Shown here: in pieces, positions 14,260 through 27,619 of the stretch | Numbering within the stretch: position 1 is the stretch's first letter | Layout of the letters: each line of letters starts with the position of its first letter | NCBI GenBank assembly: GCA_051294375.1 | Contig: CM119265.1 | Location: 18,225,567 to 18,289,566, forward strand | DNA: 64,000 nucleotides | From: Paraspadella gotoi | Lineage: Eukaryota > Animalia > Chaetognatha | Direction of reading: 5' to 3' | Program-made: the position numbers and the translations under genes | The notes under the pieces: generated by a model | The model's input: only the letters and a program-made list of their open reading frames with translations | Databases searched by the model: none | Told to the model about the DNA's origin: nothing

Positions 14260-14398
14260 CTTCCAATCATCCTCGAGGTAAATCGCATGAGTGGCTTTGT
14301 GTTTCTCAATCAGCAAAGCGACAGAAAGAAAGAGAGAAAAAAAGAAAGAAAAAATAAAAACTAAGAAAAAGAGNNNNNNNNNNNNNNNNNNNNNNNNN

Positions 14399-14590
<192 letters not shown>

Positions 14591-16261
14591 CAACGGTAAG
14601 ACTCGTCCGGGGAGCCAACCCGGGACGCAGATGGCTCGCTTGGTGGTTTCCGCTCAAATTATTTCGGGCTTTCTATTATTTTTTTTTCTAGGCAAATCCA
14701 ACCCAGAAAAAAAAAACCGCGGAAAAAAAAAAAGAAATGTGTACCGTTTCTTTTATTATTCATTGGTCGGTTCGCAACGTGGCTCGTGTCGCGAATGTCT
14801 ATCTTTCAGTCTTTCGGTGGATCGGGTCTTTTGAGTTTTTGACCGGCGGACATGCGGAATCTCATTGGAGCTTCTTTAGTGCCACCTCCTTTCATTCCGC
14901 CCCCTTCTATGTTGTCACCAAATCAGACTAAATAGATTTTTCTGAAAACAACCTCGTCTTGCTTTTGCTTTAATGACGGCGCTCGATGTTGAGCTCTCAT
15001 TCCACTCTTATTCTGTTTCCTTCTTAACTTTTTGTCTTTTGTCATATCAATTAACTAATTTCAAACATTCTCTTTTTTTTTTCTCTCTTTAATTGAGCGT
15101 CATTTTTTTATAAATTTCCAATTACTGTTTTTCTATTTTTTTTTAATTCCCCAGATATCGATTAACGATCCCTTTGCCCATTGTCTTCAAAGTTCGTTCG
15201 CCCGTCGTTGTCCTCTTCCATGGATTCCATCGCCTTTGCCATTCACCTTGAAGCAATTTGGTTCTTTTATCGATTTACGATCAAATTAGAGATTCCATCT
15301 CTTGCCTTTTTACTTCCCGCCTCTTTTCTTGCGTTTTTCTCTTGATATAATCGGTTGTGGGTTTCTCTTCTTGCTCCACATTTTAAGATGCATCGTGCAA
15401 AATATTAGTGATTAACATCGTACTATGTGTAAAACGCATATTATTTTTAACTGAGCAATACGTTTCGGTTAACATGGCTTAACCAGAGTTCATTTGCGAA
15501 GTAAATTTGACAAAATCGAGATAATAATAATAATGCTAATTACCAAATCCTCCGCTAGAGGCTCTGGTCACGAAAAAAAAACAACCAAAGCTGTCCGCCC
15601 CTTTAAAAAAAAAGATCTCGGTACAAATCGCCATCTGGCAGCGAACAACAAAAAAACGCAGAGTCGCAAATCATGAAAATTTCATCATATTTTTCCCAAG
15701 AGTTCTTCAAAACGTCTTGGGGTTGGAAGAGGATGATGATGACGATGACGATAGACCCAGAATCAGAACATCCGACCGGACTGGAATATATAATAATAAT
15801 TTGTGTATTCGGCTTTTTCTTCTAATACATTAGCCCATCACAATCTCTTATTTTCATATAAATACTTAACAAGCCAAAAGCGCAAACAATTGGTCCTTTT
15901 TTTGTGTAATAAAGGATCAGGCATCAAACCGTACAGACGCACGATTAGCTAAAAAACAATTTGGACTTTATTCGATGTTGGCCAGCGATTGGATTCCAGC
16001 TGAAGCGGAGGTCAAAAAAATGGCAAAGCTCAGGAATCCCATTCGAGAGTGGGCGTGGGGGAAAGGGGGGTTGAGGCGGGTGGGGGGCAGGCACGTTGAG
16101 GCGATGGCGAAGGTGAGAGGAGGAGACTAAGGAGTCCGGATTAGCCTGAGGACGAAAACCCACAAAAGAAGAAAAAAAAAAGAAAAAAAAAATAACCGAA
16201 GAGTTTTTCGGTGGCAGACGTTGTACTCTGATAGTAGTATCCTTTCGTGTTTGGCTGAGAA

Positions 16262-16355
<94 letters not shown>

Positions 16356-19108
16356 GAAACGCCTGAGGACAAGACCAAACCGACAAACTGGAATAATTAT
16401 GATGGTATGATTATGACATTGATCTTTAAGAAAGGACACTCATTCTCGGTATATTAAACCATTTGCTTTGCGTTTAGTTTTTTGCACATTCATTTGCGTC
16501 AGATGAAGTTTGATCGCTGCTCACTCCCCTCTCTCTTTTCCTTCGCCCCAAATCTTTCCCATTGTCTCTCTGTTCGTATGTGCGAAAGACAAAAGCCGGT
16601 CTATCCCGGGGCCACGATTCCACTTTTTTTTTCCTTACCGGTGCTGCTGTTGGTTCCCCGGTTGGCCTCTGACCCATAACTGCAGCCTACCCGACGATTC
16701 CAGACTCGGAATTCAGTGGCATCGATGGTTCCATAGTCTGGGATGGAACCATCTTCGACCCGAGAAACTCTATCTTTTTTTTTCTTAAAATATTTCTTAT
16801 CCACGAAAGCGCTTTTTGTCTCTTGAAACAAAGTGTATTTGTATTTTCGATGTCCGACTACATATTCTTGAATGGTCATTGATCGAGATTGGATATTTTC
16901 GTTTTAAATTTCAAAAAAAAAAAATTATAAACGCAAATTTTTCAATTTTGTAAAAGGTTCGTCCAAAAATAAAAATAAAAATTATCAAAAGTAACTACAG
17001 AAAGCTCATGTTGCGCAAAAATTCAAAGGAGAAAAAAAACTGAATGCGGTGAAACTTTCATCGTTTCTATTTAATTAAACAAAACGTTTGATATCCACAG
17101 CTAAACAAACGATAAAATTCCTCGAAATAAAGTTAAAAAAGCATCAAAAACGGAGAAAAAAACTGCGATTTTACATCAAAAAAACAAACCAGAAAAAGAA
17201 GAAAAAAGTTTCATGGCTTGATTGTCCAAACGCAATTCTTGTTGAAGATTCCATAAGTCAAGAACTGAGCTTGGACATCTCTGCTTGAGACTGTGGCCCG
17301 ACGAATTTCTACTTTTATCAATACTGGTTATAAGTAACAAGATATACAAAAGTTAAACAAATGATTCCATTTACCAAGACGATTTTTTCCCTCTGATTTA
17401 TGATCAAGTTAAACAAAATCGAAGACAACTTTTTTTTTTTAAATAATTTTAAAATTTTCAATTTTTTTAAATATTTATAATTAATATGGATAGAATTATA
17501 AAGTTTTATTAGGCTAAACAGTAAACATTAAATGTTTTCTTGTCGCATTAATCCCTCGATGCCTAGATCTTTCGCTTCTCCACGCACTTAATCTTGATCT
17601 ACAAGTTTTTCCTTTGTTCGTTTGTTTTGTTTTTTAGTTAAACTTTTATGCCGATCGTAAAATTAATTCCGAAACTTCTCCAGGGATCAAATGGAACGAC
17701 ATCGGAAGCCGTCAAAGTCTTACCCGCGTCGCGAATGGAACCTTCCTCGCGCCGACGCGTCTCACCACCCCATGTTGTCGCAAATATATAATGATAAAAT
17801 AATAAAAAAATGACTTTTAAAACGAGACTGAAGAATGAAGATTCGTTATAAGTCCATTAGTCCAGTCCCCATTTAGAAAAACATTTCATAAATCAAAATT
17901 CACGCTAAAAAGTGCGAGAAAACTTACCCCTATTGTTCTCTCTTTATTTAAAAAATATCAATAGCAATCGAGATCTTACAGCAATTAATTATTAATATGT
18001 TTATAAATATTAATATTAATGAGTTATAATTAGAATTGTAAAAAAATTGACAAACTAAGGTAGAGGAATAAAAATTATAGAGCAACCTAGATTCCCATTA
18101 ACCTTAATATTTTTACGCAGGTTTTTTTAATAATAATTGTTTTCTCGTTTTGATTCCCTCTCTTATTTCTCTCAATCTCATTTGCTTATCTCTCTTTCTC
18201 TCCCCAAATTCTCTCTCTCTCTTTCTCTCTCTATCTTTCCCTATTTCACCCACGCCCCACTTCCCATCTCCGCAACCTTGTCCTCCATATCTCTTCTCAG
18301 TCTTCACCTTTTCTTCCCCCAGAGAGCGCCATCTCGTAATCCCGACCTCGGCGACGTAATCACGTCTTCCCGAATCAACATAAACACGCGCGTTGCCATG
18401 GAATCCTTACTCAGCGCCATTCTCTTCACAATTCCTCTCAATCTTTTTTTTTCTTCTTGTTTTTAGTGCAAATTTAATAATCACGGATTTTTAGGTCTTC
18501 TGTGAAAAAAAAATCCTGCAAGGTTTATCGCGGAATTGTTAATTCATCATTCCATTAAAGAAACTTGTTTTAGTACCAGTTAAAACGAAATTAATCTCAG
18601 TTTTCTGGAATATGTAAAATTTAAATCAGTGATTCGAAATTTTTTTTTATTAATATTTCGTAGTATAACCGAAATTAATGAATAATATCATACGTTTTGC
18701 GACAATTAATTGAATAAAGCGGAGAATCAAATTATTTCTTTATCAAGCTGATATTAAATTTAAGTTATAATTCGCTCTCGGATTCTCTCGCTAAAAATAT
18801 CATCCTTTCAGACGGATGCGGACGGCCTTAAATAGTCGTCAAACTCAGTTGTCACCATTTTTGTTACCTACCCTTTTATGTTCATGCTTTATTGCTGAAT
18901 TTACCATCACAATAAAAATGAATTTTCATGATAACACGACTATTCTTTAGTTCTGCACCAGTACGACAGGACGATGAACCGAAATCTAAAAATAGAAGTC
19001 TCAAAAGGAAGTGTCGCCGTAAGGATAAAAAATGGATTGAGTTTTAGTGGTTAAAAATAGAAGGGAAAAGGAGAAGAGCAAGAGGGGGTGAGAATAGGGG
19101 AGAGGGAT

Positions 19109-19147
<39 letters not shown>

Positions 19148-19694
19148 AGGAGAGAGGAGAGAGGAGAGAGAAGAAGGAGAGAGAGAGAGAGAGAGAGGAA
19201 CGGATGAAAGACGGTTTTAAATATTTGAATAGCTTCTCAGGAGAACCCTGTCATTAAAAAAAACAAAATGGGTCGGTAATTGTCTTGTCGATTTTGTCCT
19301 CTCACATTATCTTTTTCTGGAGCTTCGTTTAAACATTTCAAACTCAACAGCCTGTTAAACTAAGATAGATGTAACAGACTCTCGGAACAGTCCGAGATAT
19401 GAGCGACTACGAGAATTGAGTGAGACGAAGACGCCCCATAAATTCTTTACATTTTCGATCATCTCGCACGACGAAGCTGCAGTTTTTATTGAATCTGAAT
19501 CTAGCTAATGTGGTTGTTCACCAACTACCGAAAAGGATTCGAAATCATGAAAAAAATTTTTAAAATTTTTATTTATTTAATCCTCGGTTAATCCAGTTGT
19601 CTTATTATTTATTTTGGCGATCAAAAAAAAAAAAAAAAACTATATGAAAAAAAGGAATAAATAACCAGCCAAGTCCGTCATTTCGCTCGTTCCT

Positions 19695-20599
19695 TCATAT
19701 TTCGCAGACAAACCAATGGGTATCGCTGCAATCGGTGGCGAACAAGGCGCGGCCTTTCTGGCTCTCCCCAAAGCGGCTGAGACAGTCGAGCCCCTCGTCG
19801 GCGGCGGGCTGCGCTGCGGCCCAACCGGGGAAATCGGCGGCGATCCGCTCTCCGGTGTTCCAGCGCCAAACGCCGTCGTCGCCGCGGCGACCGCCGAGCC
19901 AATCGTTCTGGCAGGGCTTTTTGTAGCCTGAGGATGAGAAAGACCCGAGAGAAATCACTCTAGATATTTTGGGTAACACTGGTACGTTTACGATTAGACA
20001 TTACAACTCTGTCGCTTCGATAGTATTCGAGTAAGTTCTCCTCACCGTCCTTGACTTTATCGTCGGCGACGGCGTGTTCCATCTCCAGCTCTCGCCTCAC
20101 TTTGTTCCAGGATCGAATGTTCGGGAAGGAGGCTGGAATGAGAAAGCGGTAGGTCACAAAAGTTCGCCCGGTCCGACCCGCTCTAATCCGGGCCGCACCC
20201 AGTTTGCATTAGTCGCGATTCCATTCTCGCGCTAATCCAGACCACGTTCCCTTCGCTCGACTCACCCAGCCTCCCCCCGCGATTCCTGCAGTACTCGTCC
20301 GAGTCTTCGAAGTTGAGCAGTTGACGAACTAATTCGTAGCGGTGCAGCTTCGGGGCGCGTAGGCGGGTCACAGTTCCTTCTCCCCAGTCTAAAAATGCGA
20401 AATGGAGCTCAGGAGGTTGTTCATGATTTAGCTCAGTCTAAGAAGACGTCCGTTATTAATATATACTATATAGTAATAGTACATAGTATATTATAGTATA
20501 GTTTAGTATAATATAGTTATTCGCAGTTAACTCACAGTGGTCCTTAGTCGCTCCCAAGATTTGTCCGATGAAGAGAAACGTCATCCAAATAGACATCAT
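19695..20599 (-). CDS. Secreted C-type lectin domain protein, 4 exons, ~168 aa
   Basis: Exons 20599-20536 (MMSIWMTFLFIGQILGATKDH, signal-peptide-like), 20388-20266 (..LNFEDSDEYCRNRGGRL), 20132-20046 and 19927-19695 (WLGG..WRWNTG..PGWAAAQP..DC..DCSDTHWFVCEI*). All introns are GT-AG and phase 1; total 507 nt in frame. CTLD Cys/Trp pattern present. Confidence 0.85.
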
Positions 20600-20784
20600 T
20601 TTTTTTTTTTACTTTCTGATGAAATTCGCGATGAAACAAAAAAATTCAAAAATACGAATTAAAAAATAATTCGGTAAAATCGAAAGACCTCCTACGCAAT
20701 TTTTTCTCCGATCTTTGTGATTGTTGAATTTCGTTTCTAAGAAACGGAATGCTTTTGCTTTATAGTAATATTATAACAAAGATA

Positions 20785-21594
20785 CAGTAGCATCCGTCTA
20801 GAATTTCTGAGACGGCANNNNNNNNNNNNNNNNNNNNNNNNNNNNNNNNNNNNNNNNNNNNNNNNNNNNNNNNNNNNNNNNNNNNNNNNNNNNNNNNNNN
20901 NNNNNNNNNNNNNNNNNNNNNNNNNNNNNNNNNNNNNNNNNNNNNNNNNNNNNNNNNNNNNNNNNNNNNNNNNNNNNNNNNNNNNNNNNNNNNNNNNNNN
21001 NNNNNNNNNNNNNNNNNNNNNNNNNNNNNNNNNNNNNNNNNNNNNNNNNNNNNNNNNNNNNNNNNNNNNNNNNNNNNNNNNNNNNNNNNNNNNNNNNNNN
21101 NNNNNNNNNNNNNNNNNNNNNNNNNNNNNNNNNNNNNNNNNNNNNNNNNNNNNNNNNNNNNNNNNNNNNNNNNNNNNNNNNNNNNNNNNNNNNNNNNNNN
21201 NNNNNNNNNNNNNNNNNNNNNNNNNNNNNNNNNNNNNNNNNNNNNNNNNNNNNNNNNNNNNNNNNNNNNNNNNNNNNNNNNNNNNNNNNNNNNNNNNNNN
21301 NNNNNNNNNNNNNNNNNNNNNNNNNNNNNNNNNNNNNNNNNNNNNNNNNNNNNNNNNNNNNNNNNNNNNNNNNNNNNNNNNNNNNNNNNNNNNNNNNNNN
21401 NNNNNNNNNNNNNNNNNNNNNNNNNNNNNNNNNNNNNNNNNNNNNNNNNNNNNNNNNNNNNNNNNNNNNNNNNNNNNNNNNNNNNNNNNNNNNNNNNNNN
21501 NNNNNNNNNNNNNNNNNNNNNNNNNNNNNNNNNNNNNNNNNNNNNNNNNNNNNNNNNNNNNTGCCGTCTCAGAAATTCTAGACGGATGCTACTG
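20785..21594. mobile_element. Tc1/mariner/pogo-type TIR element (MITE) with its interior in the assembly gap
   Basis: 33-bp perfect inverted repeats CAGTAGCATCCGTCTAGAATTTCTGAGACGGCA at 20785-20817 and 21562-21594. TA flanks each end (20783-84, 21595-96) and the flanks diverge beyond the TA. Confidence 0.7.
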
Positions 21595-21608
21595 TACCTA
21601 TAGTGCGT

Positions 21609-21709
21609 GGGATGGTGCGTTCCCCCTCTGATCCAATGGTATTGGCCGAAGGATGGAGGACGTGAGGCGGTGTGCCCTACATCATTACCTATCGTAATGA
21701 TGTAGGGCA
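21609..21709 (+). repeat. Fragment of an interspersed (SINE-like) repeat followed by a perfect 16-bp hairpin
   Basis: GGATGGTGCGTTCCCCCTCTGATCCAATGGTATTGGCCGAAGGATGGAGGACGTGAGG aligns with the reverse complement of ~42810-42868. Hairpin at 21673-21709. Confidence 0.55.
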
Positions 21710-22058
21710 TTACGGCCATTGATTGGTTTTGATTTTTAAATACATGAATACTTATTGTCTAATTCTAGTAATTTAATCTTGTCTCTGACGCTAGTGACAA
21801 ATCATAGAGTAATCTCGACTTCGCTGTTTCGAAGGCATTTTTCTCCAACCCTTTCGTGATACTAAGACGATGTTAATCCCTAATTCGTGACGTGAACTGG
21901 GCGTTCTCCGATTTTTTAGATCCATGAAAAATGCAAAACGTGGAATCGAAGGATTCGGCTATCGGCATCAGTCAAAAACCGCTGTCGTCGACCGTGAAAC
22001 GCTAGACCGCTTCCTTGTCTTTCCATGCATCATGATCACGTGGGTGTTACGTGACCTT

Positions 22059-22099
<41 letters not shown>

Positions 22100-22244
22100 T
22101 TCAAGAGATAGATGATCTCACAGTCGGTGAATTATGCGACGAACCGAAAGAGAGCAAAAGCAAGTTGTTTCCCTTGACGATGGAGAAAGAAAAAAATGGG
22201 GACAATGGATGAGAATGGAGGATCTGGTGGGTGTCAGGAAGATT

Positions 22245-22310
<66 letters not shown>

Positions 22311-22317
22311 GAGAGAT

Positions 22318-22349
<32 letters not shown>

Positions 22350-22833
22350 AGAGAGAGAAAGGGGGATTGGTGGCATTGTAATTGTACGAGAGGGCGCGAT
22401 TTCTTTTGTAGTTTCCCCAAGTTAGGGAATAGGGAGTGTGTGTGAAAACAGAAGCAAAAGAAATTGAAAAATGATGACGATGATGACGATGATGAAGATG
22501 ACGATGATGAAGATGAGTTTCGTGCAAAACGAAAAGAGTCATAGATTTTTCACGATGGCAACATTAATCCACCTGGGCGCCGCCATTTACGTGTTCGCAG
22601 CCTGCGTCGTCGTCGTCGTCGCCTCCATCGTCGTCGTCGTCGTTGTCTCCATCGTCGTCGTCGTCGTTATATCCATCGTCGTCGTCGTCGTCGTCTCCAT
22701 CGTCGTCGTCGTCGTCGTCGTCTTCCCTTTTCATCTTTAACGTTGTAAACGATCAAAGAAAAATACCGGCTCTCGAAGAATGGTGACAAGCGTTAAATGA
22801 CAAGAACCCAAAAACGTGATGATAATGACATAC

Positions 22834-22877
<44 letters not shown>

Positions 22878-23066
22878 ATGATTCAATCGATCTCCCAACC
22901 CATTAGGTCACAACTCCTTTCGTTAAATTAGTTTTTCAAGTTCGCAACTCGACAATTGCGATGCTGAGTACAGACGTGAAAAAAAAAGCCTTAGCCGAAG
23001 TTCTACTCTACGACACTCGGGTGACAAACGACAAAGGTAGTGACTTGTAAAATAAAACAAAAGAAA

Positions 23067-23112
<46 letters not shown>

Positions 23113-26100
23113 ATCTCTCTCTCTCCCCCACCCTCTCTCTCTCTTTCCCTCATATATACACACATAAATTCACTCACACATAAGCTCACAAGAGACTTAA
23201 TCAATGTTGTTCTTTTCATCGCGCTCCTTTCAGTCTCTTTGCTTTGAAGAAAATTCTTGCTCCTCTGAGCACCTCCAGCCATTTCTTCTCTTGCTGCTTT
23301 GCCTTCCGGGGTTTTTCTCTTTCTTTTTTTTTTCTTTTTCTTCCTCATTCTTTCCTTTCATACTTAGTCCCTTCTTTTAATTTTTTTTTCCTTTACTTTC
23401 ACTTTTTATAGAATATATAGTACAACCAAAGCAAAAATTATCCATATCGATAAATAAGATATTTTGCCCCTGACTTTGGACAGGCTAATAAAATATTATT
23501 TTTATTTTCTTCATTCTGTCCTCTTCCTTCTCTCTATTTTTCTTCTCTTTTTGATTCCATCTTTTTCTTTTTATCCTTTCTTCTTTTCTTTCTCTCCTCT
23601 TTTATTCTCTTCTTCCGTTATTTCCATTTCTTTTCTTCTCACTTCTTTCCTTTTTCATTTCCATTTCCTACTTTCTTTCTTTTTTTTTTTGTTTCTCCTT
23701 TTAAATCTTTTTTCTTTCCGTAGGCGCACGTCTCTGCCCAAATTAAGTTTCTTTGACCGCAGCTGCGACCGAGTTGAAAAAAAAATTCTAAGCAAATCGA
23801 CAATTCCCCTGTCGCTCGAAAATCTCACCTTGGTAAGGTCGTTCACGTACAGAATGTCTGGGACAAGCTACAACAGCTTTATATTACACTACAAAAACCC
23901 AACAACGCTGTCATGTCCTGACTACTTAACTAACATACCAACCGGACCGAAACTTACCCTGCAAATTGTCAGTTGACCAAATGTATGTCAGTAGACAATT
24001 ATGTTCAGTCCTAACCAAATTATGTCAGGGTTGACAAATTATTGCAAGTGATTAAATTATTAAGTTTGACAAGTAGCCTTATTACACTCAATATATCGAG
24101 ATTGACCTGGAATTTTAGATATCGTGAGTAGGGAAGTGTGTTCGATTTTGAACAGGGGAACCCAAGTTTCGATGGATCTTTCGAGCTGGAAATGAGTTTA
24201 CATGGGAAAAAAACAAAAAACCTGTTTAATAATTGATTTTGTTCTTTTTTTCTTTATATTTAATGTATTTGCAGGATGTATAGTAAGTCAAATAAGTTAA
24301 TCTAGTGTAATTAATCAATTTAGTCAATTAATTAATCAACAGTAGTTAATTATCACGTCAATCAATCCGTTCCATCAGCGGTCCACCTTAGCATAGCTCC
24401 AATTAACTTCGTTGATTGGCCCACTGCTGGTTGGATTGAAATGAATATTTTGTGTGTGGGGTGGAAGGTTGTGATTATAAAAAAGGGCTGGGGGATTAAT
24501 TAAAACCAATTTCGAAACAACGGAATCGTGTGAGAGTGGAATGATTTATAGTGGAAAATAAACATATGTCGGCATTTCACTAAATCTTTTTTACTTATTT
24601 AACAATAAGAGTACTCTCATTAATTCATTAATTGGATGGATACGATTGAGTTTCAAATTTTTTGTCGTGGGGTAGAAAAAATGTGTATCGATGCTTGATA
24701 TAAAGTTTTCGGTGGAAACGTTACGAGTGGAATGAGTTAAAATTGAAAAAAATATGAGTCAATTTACTTTATTTTAACCCATAATAGATTTGAGATGTAA
24801 ATTTTGTTGGCGGGTAAGGAAAGTGTGTGAAAAAGCTAGATATAAATTTTTGACGGGAATTGTGCAGTGGAAATGAGTTTAAATGAAAAAAAAAAAAAAG
24901 TTCACATTTATTGAAGCAGAAAAATGATACAGTTTAAAAATTCCTAAAAGCATAAGGATTCGTTCGCAATGCCAAAGATGAGAGAGAGAGGAGAGAGAGA
25001 GAGAGAAGGAGGACGAGCAGAGAGAGACGAAGAGAGAGAGAGGAGAGAGAGAGGACGAGAGCAGTTAAATAATGGCCATAAGGATTCGTCGCAATTTCAA
25101 AAGAGAGAGAGAGAGAGGAGAGAGCGACGAGAAGAGAGAGAGAGGAGAGGAGAGCGAGAGAGGAGAAAGATAGAAAAGATGAGAGGTCGAGATAAAATTA
25201 TGGAATATATAATGATTTTATAAGAAAAAAAAAGTTGCTTATTTAACTCAACTTTCTGAATAAATATATTTACTTACCAATATCTTACAAAATAATAAAC
25301 CTTTGATAAATTATTGTATTCCGTTATGATAAACATTGTTTAATCACATGCAAAAATTCTAGTAAGGCCTAATATCTTAGTAAGGCGGGCCAAAAATTGA
25401 ACATTTTTATAACTTTCTAGTTCTCTTTTAAATTTTTTTTTTCTTTACTCAACTTAAATCGACATTCAATTAACTTTTTGAATTAGTTCATTGCTGGTTG
25501 TTGCACTTGAACGCTTTTTAAATATTTATTAAATATATAATATATATAAGTATGTACGGAAATGACTGCAAGTAAAAAAAAATCTGAAAGCATTAAAGAT
25601 TCGTTCGCAATTGCAGAAAAGAGAGAGAGAGAGGGAGGGATGGGAGAGAGACGAGAGAGAGAGAGAGAGACAGGATTGAGAGAGAGACTGAGGTGAAGAG
25701 GACGAGAGAGACTGTTGATGAGGAGAGAGAGAAGGAGACTAATAAAATAGGAGAGGTATATTTTGTTTGTTTGATTTAAAATGTAAAAACAAAACATATT
25801 TAATAAACTTGTTCCTTAACCCAATTTTAAAGACTCGATGATGATAAGTTGATATTAAATTTAAAATTAATTTATTACTATTAAAATTATTTAATTAATT
25901 AATTAATTTAATCGATTAATTAATTAATTAATTAATTATCGGGCAGTCCACATTTTGCTCAAATCTGTTAACCAATAAAACGTTTTCCATTCTTTATTTT
26001 CGGCATAACCGTATTATAATTCTCTCGGGGTCGGCTATGTTCGAAAATGTAAATTGGATATTTCAACCTCCGCCCATTATCCGCCGCTTTTTTTTCGAAA

Positions 26101-26338
26101 GCGTCAACGAATGTTTACGAAAACTTTTCTTCTTAAAAAAAAAAAGGAAGACAGGATTAAATTATATCAGGGACGCTGTTTTTTTTTTTTAATGTTTTTC
26201 TTTTGAAAGGGAAGAGTGTGATATTCTCTTCTTTTAAGCTGATTAGAAAATATTATGTCGGGCGATGTCGGTGGAGAACTCCTGTGTCTCTCTGAATTCG
26301 TCATCAAAAAAAAAATATTTGCTTAATTTGATATATCT

Positions 26339-26369
<31 letters not shown>

Positions 26370-26380
26370 CTCTTCTCTCT

Positions 26381-26412
<32 letters not shown>

Positions 26413-27619
26413 ACTCTCTCTCTCTTGTTTTTTTTCTCCCTCTATCTCTCAGATCCTTTAATGTCTTATTAGCACTGTTGCTACTAATTTATTATTTTCA
26501 TTTTTTAGATTTACTTTGAAAAAATAAGGTTAGTCATGTGGCCCACAATTGCAACAGAATTAAAACTTTATAAGGCTGTTTAAAACGTATTTATTTCAAT
26601 ACGTATTCAAGGTTGAACATTCCATTTGCAGAAAATAACTTTTTTTTAATTATTAATGTCGCATTATTGTAAATTTTCCCTTTTCTGTTTCTTTTTTACT
26701 TACTATAAACTTGAGCGTTAAAATGATATTTTGCTTTCACGTTGTATTGTTTGTAAATATTCAAGTTTGTTGATCATTTTTAATCCAAGATGTACATTAA
26801 ATATTCTGTTCATTATTCTTGCTTTTCAATTTCAATCAAAATTAAAAAAAAAAATGAAAAAATAAAGACTATCTCCATTGAAGTTCATAAGAGACAGAAC
26901 AATCCAAGCCTCCCTTTCCCTCTTTCCTCTCCCTTCTTTCTTTTATTTCTCCATTCTTCCCCGTCGCAATCCAGATCACCTCTCGGTTACATGGTTGTTT
27001 TCTTTCTCATCAGATAAAAAAAAAAAAAATTTGACGATAATAAGGAAAAAACCAAAATTATGATTTTATTTTAATTTTAATTCATTTAATTAACTATTAA
27101 GTTCCCGAATTTTTTTGTTCAAAGTTATTTTTGAAAATTCCTTATTAAATTTATATATTTGTACTTCATTCGTTCATTCTCGCTTTGAATTCATTTGTTT
27201 GGCATTGATTTTTATATTTAGTATTTATATTTTTTTAAACATCGTTTATAAAGAAAAAACAGACTAAGCTTAAAATAAAAAAAATTGATAGTTACGTCCT
27301 CCAAAAATTTACAAAAAAAGGGAAAAAAACCTATCATATGATATGATATTGATTACAGTAGTTTTATTTCCTGAAAAACAATTTTCTTCCAGTTCGCAAA
27401 GCAACTTTTAGGTTTCTTCTCCTTTCCGCTTCGATCAGATTGCCGAGCGGGCAAAGGAAAAAAAAAAAAAATTCCCCTGTTATTTATGTGATTTAACTAT
27501 AAAAATAATAATTATAAATATATAATATAATAAAATGATAAAATTTTTTGTCCAATTTCGGCGATATTGTTGATTTTACTTATGACGGACGCTCGCTTAA
27601 TTAGCCAATCAGAACCACT

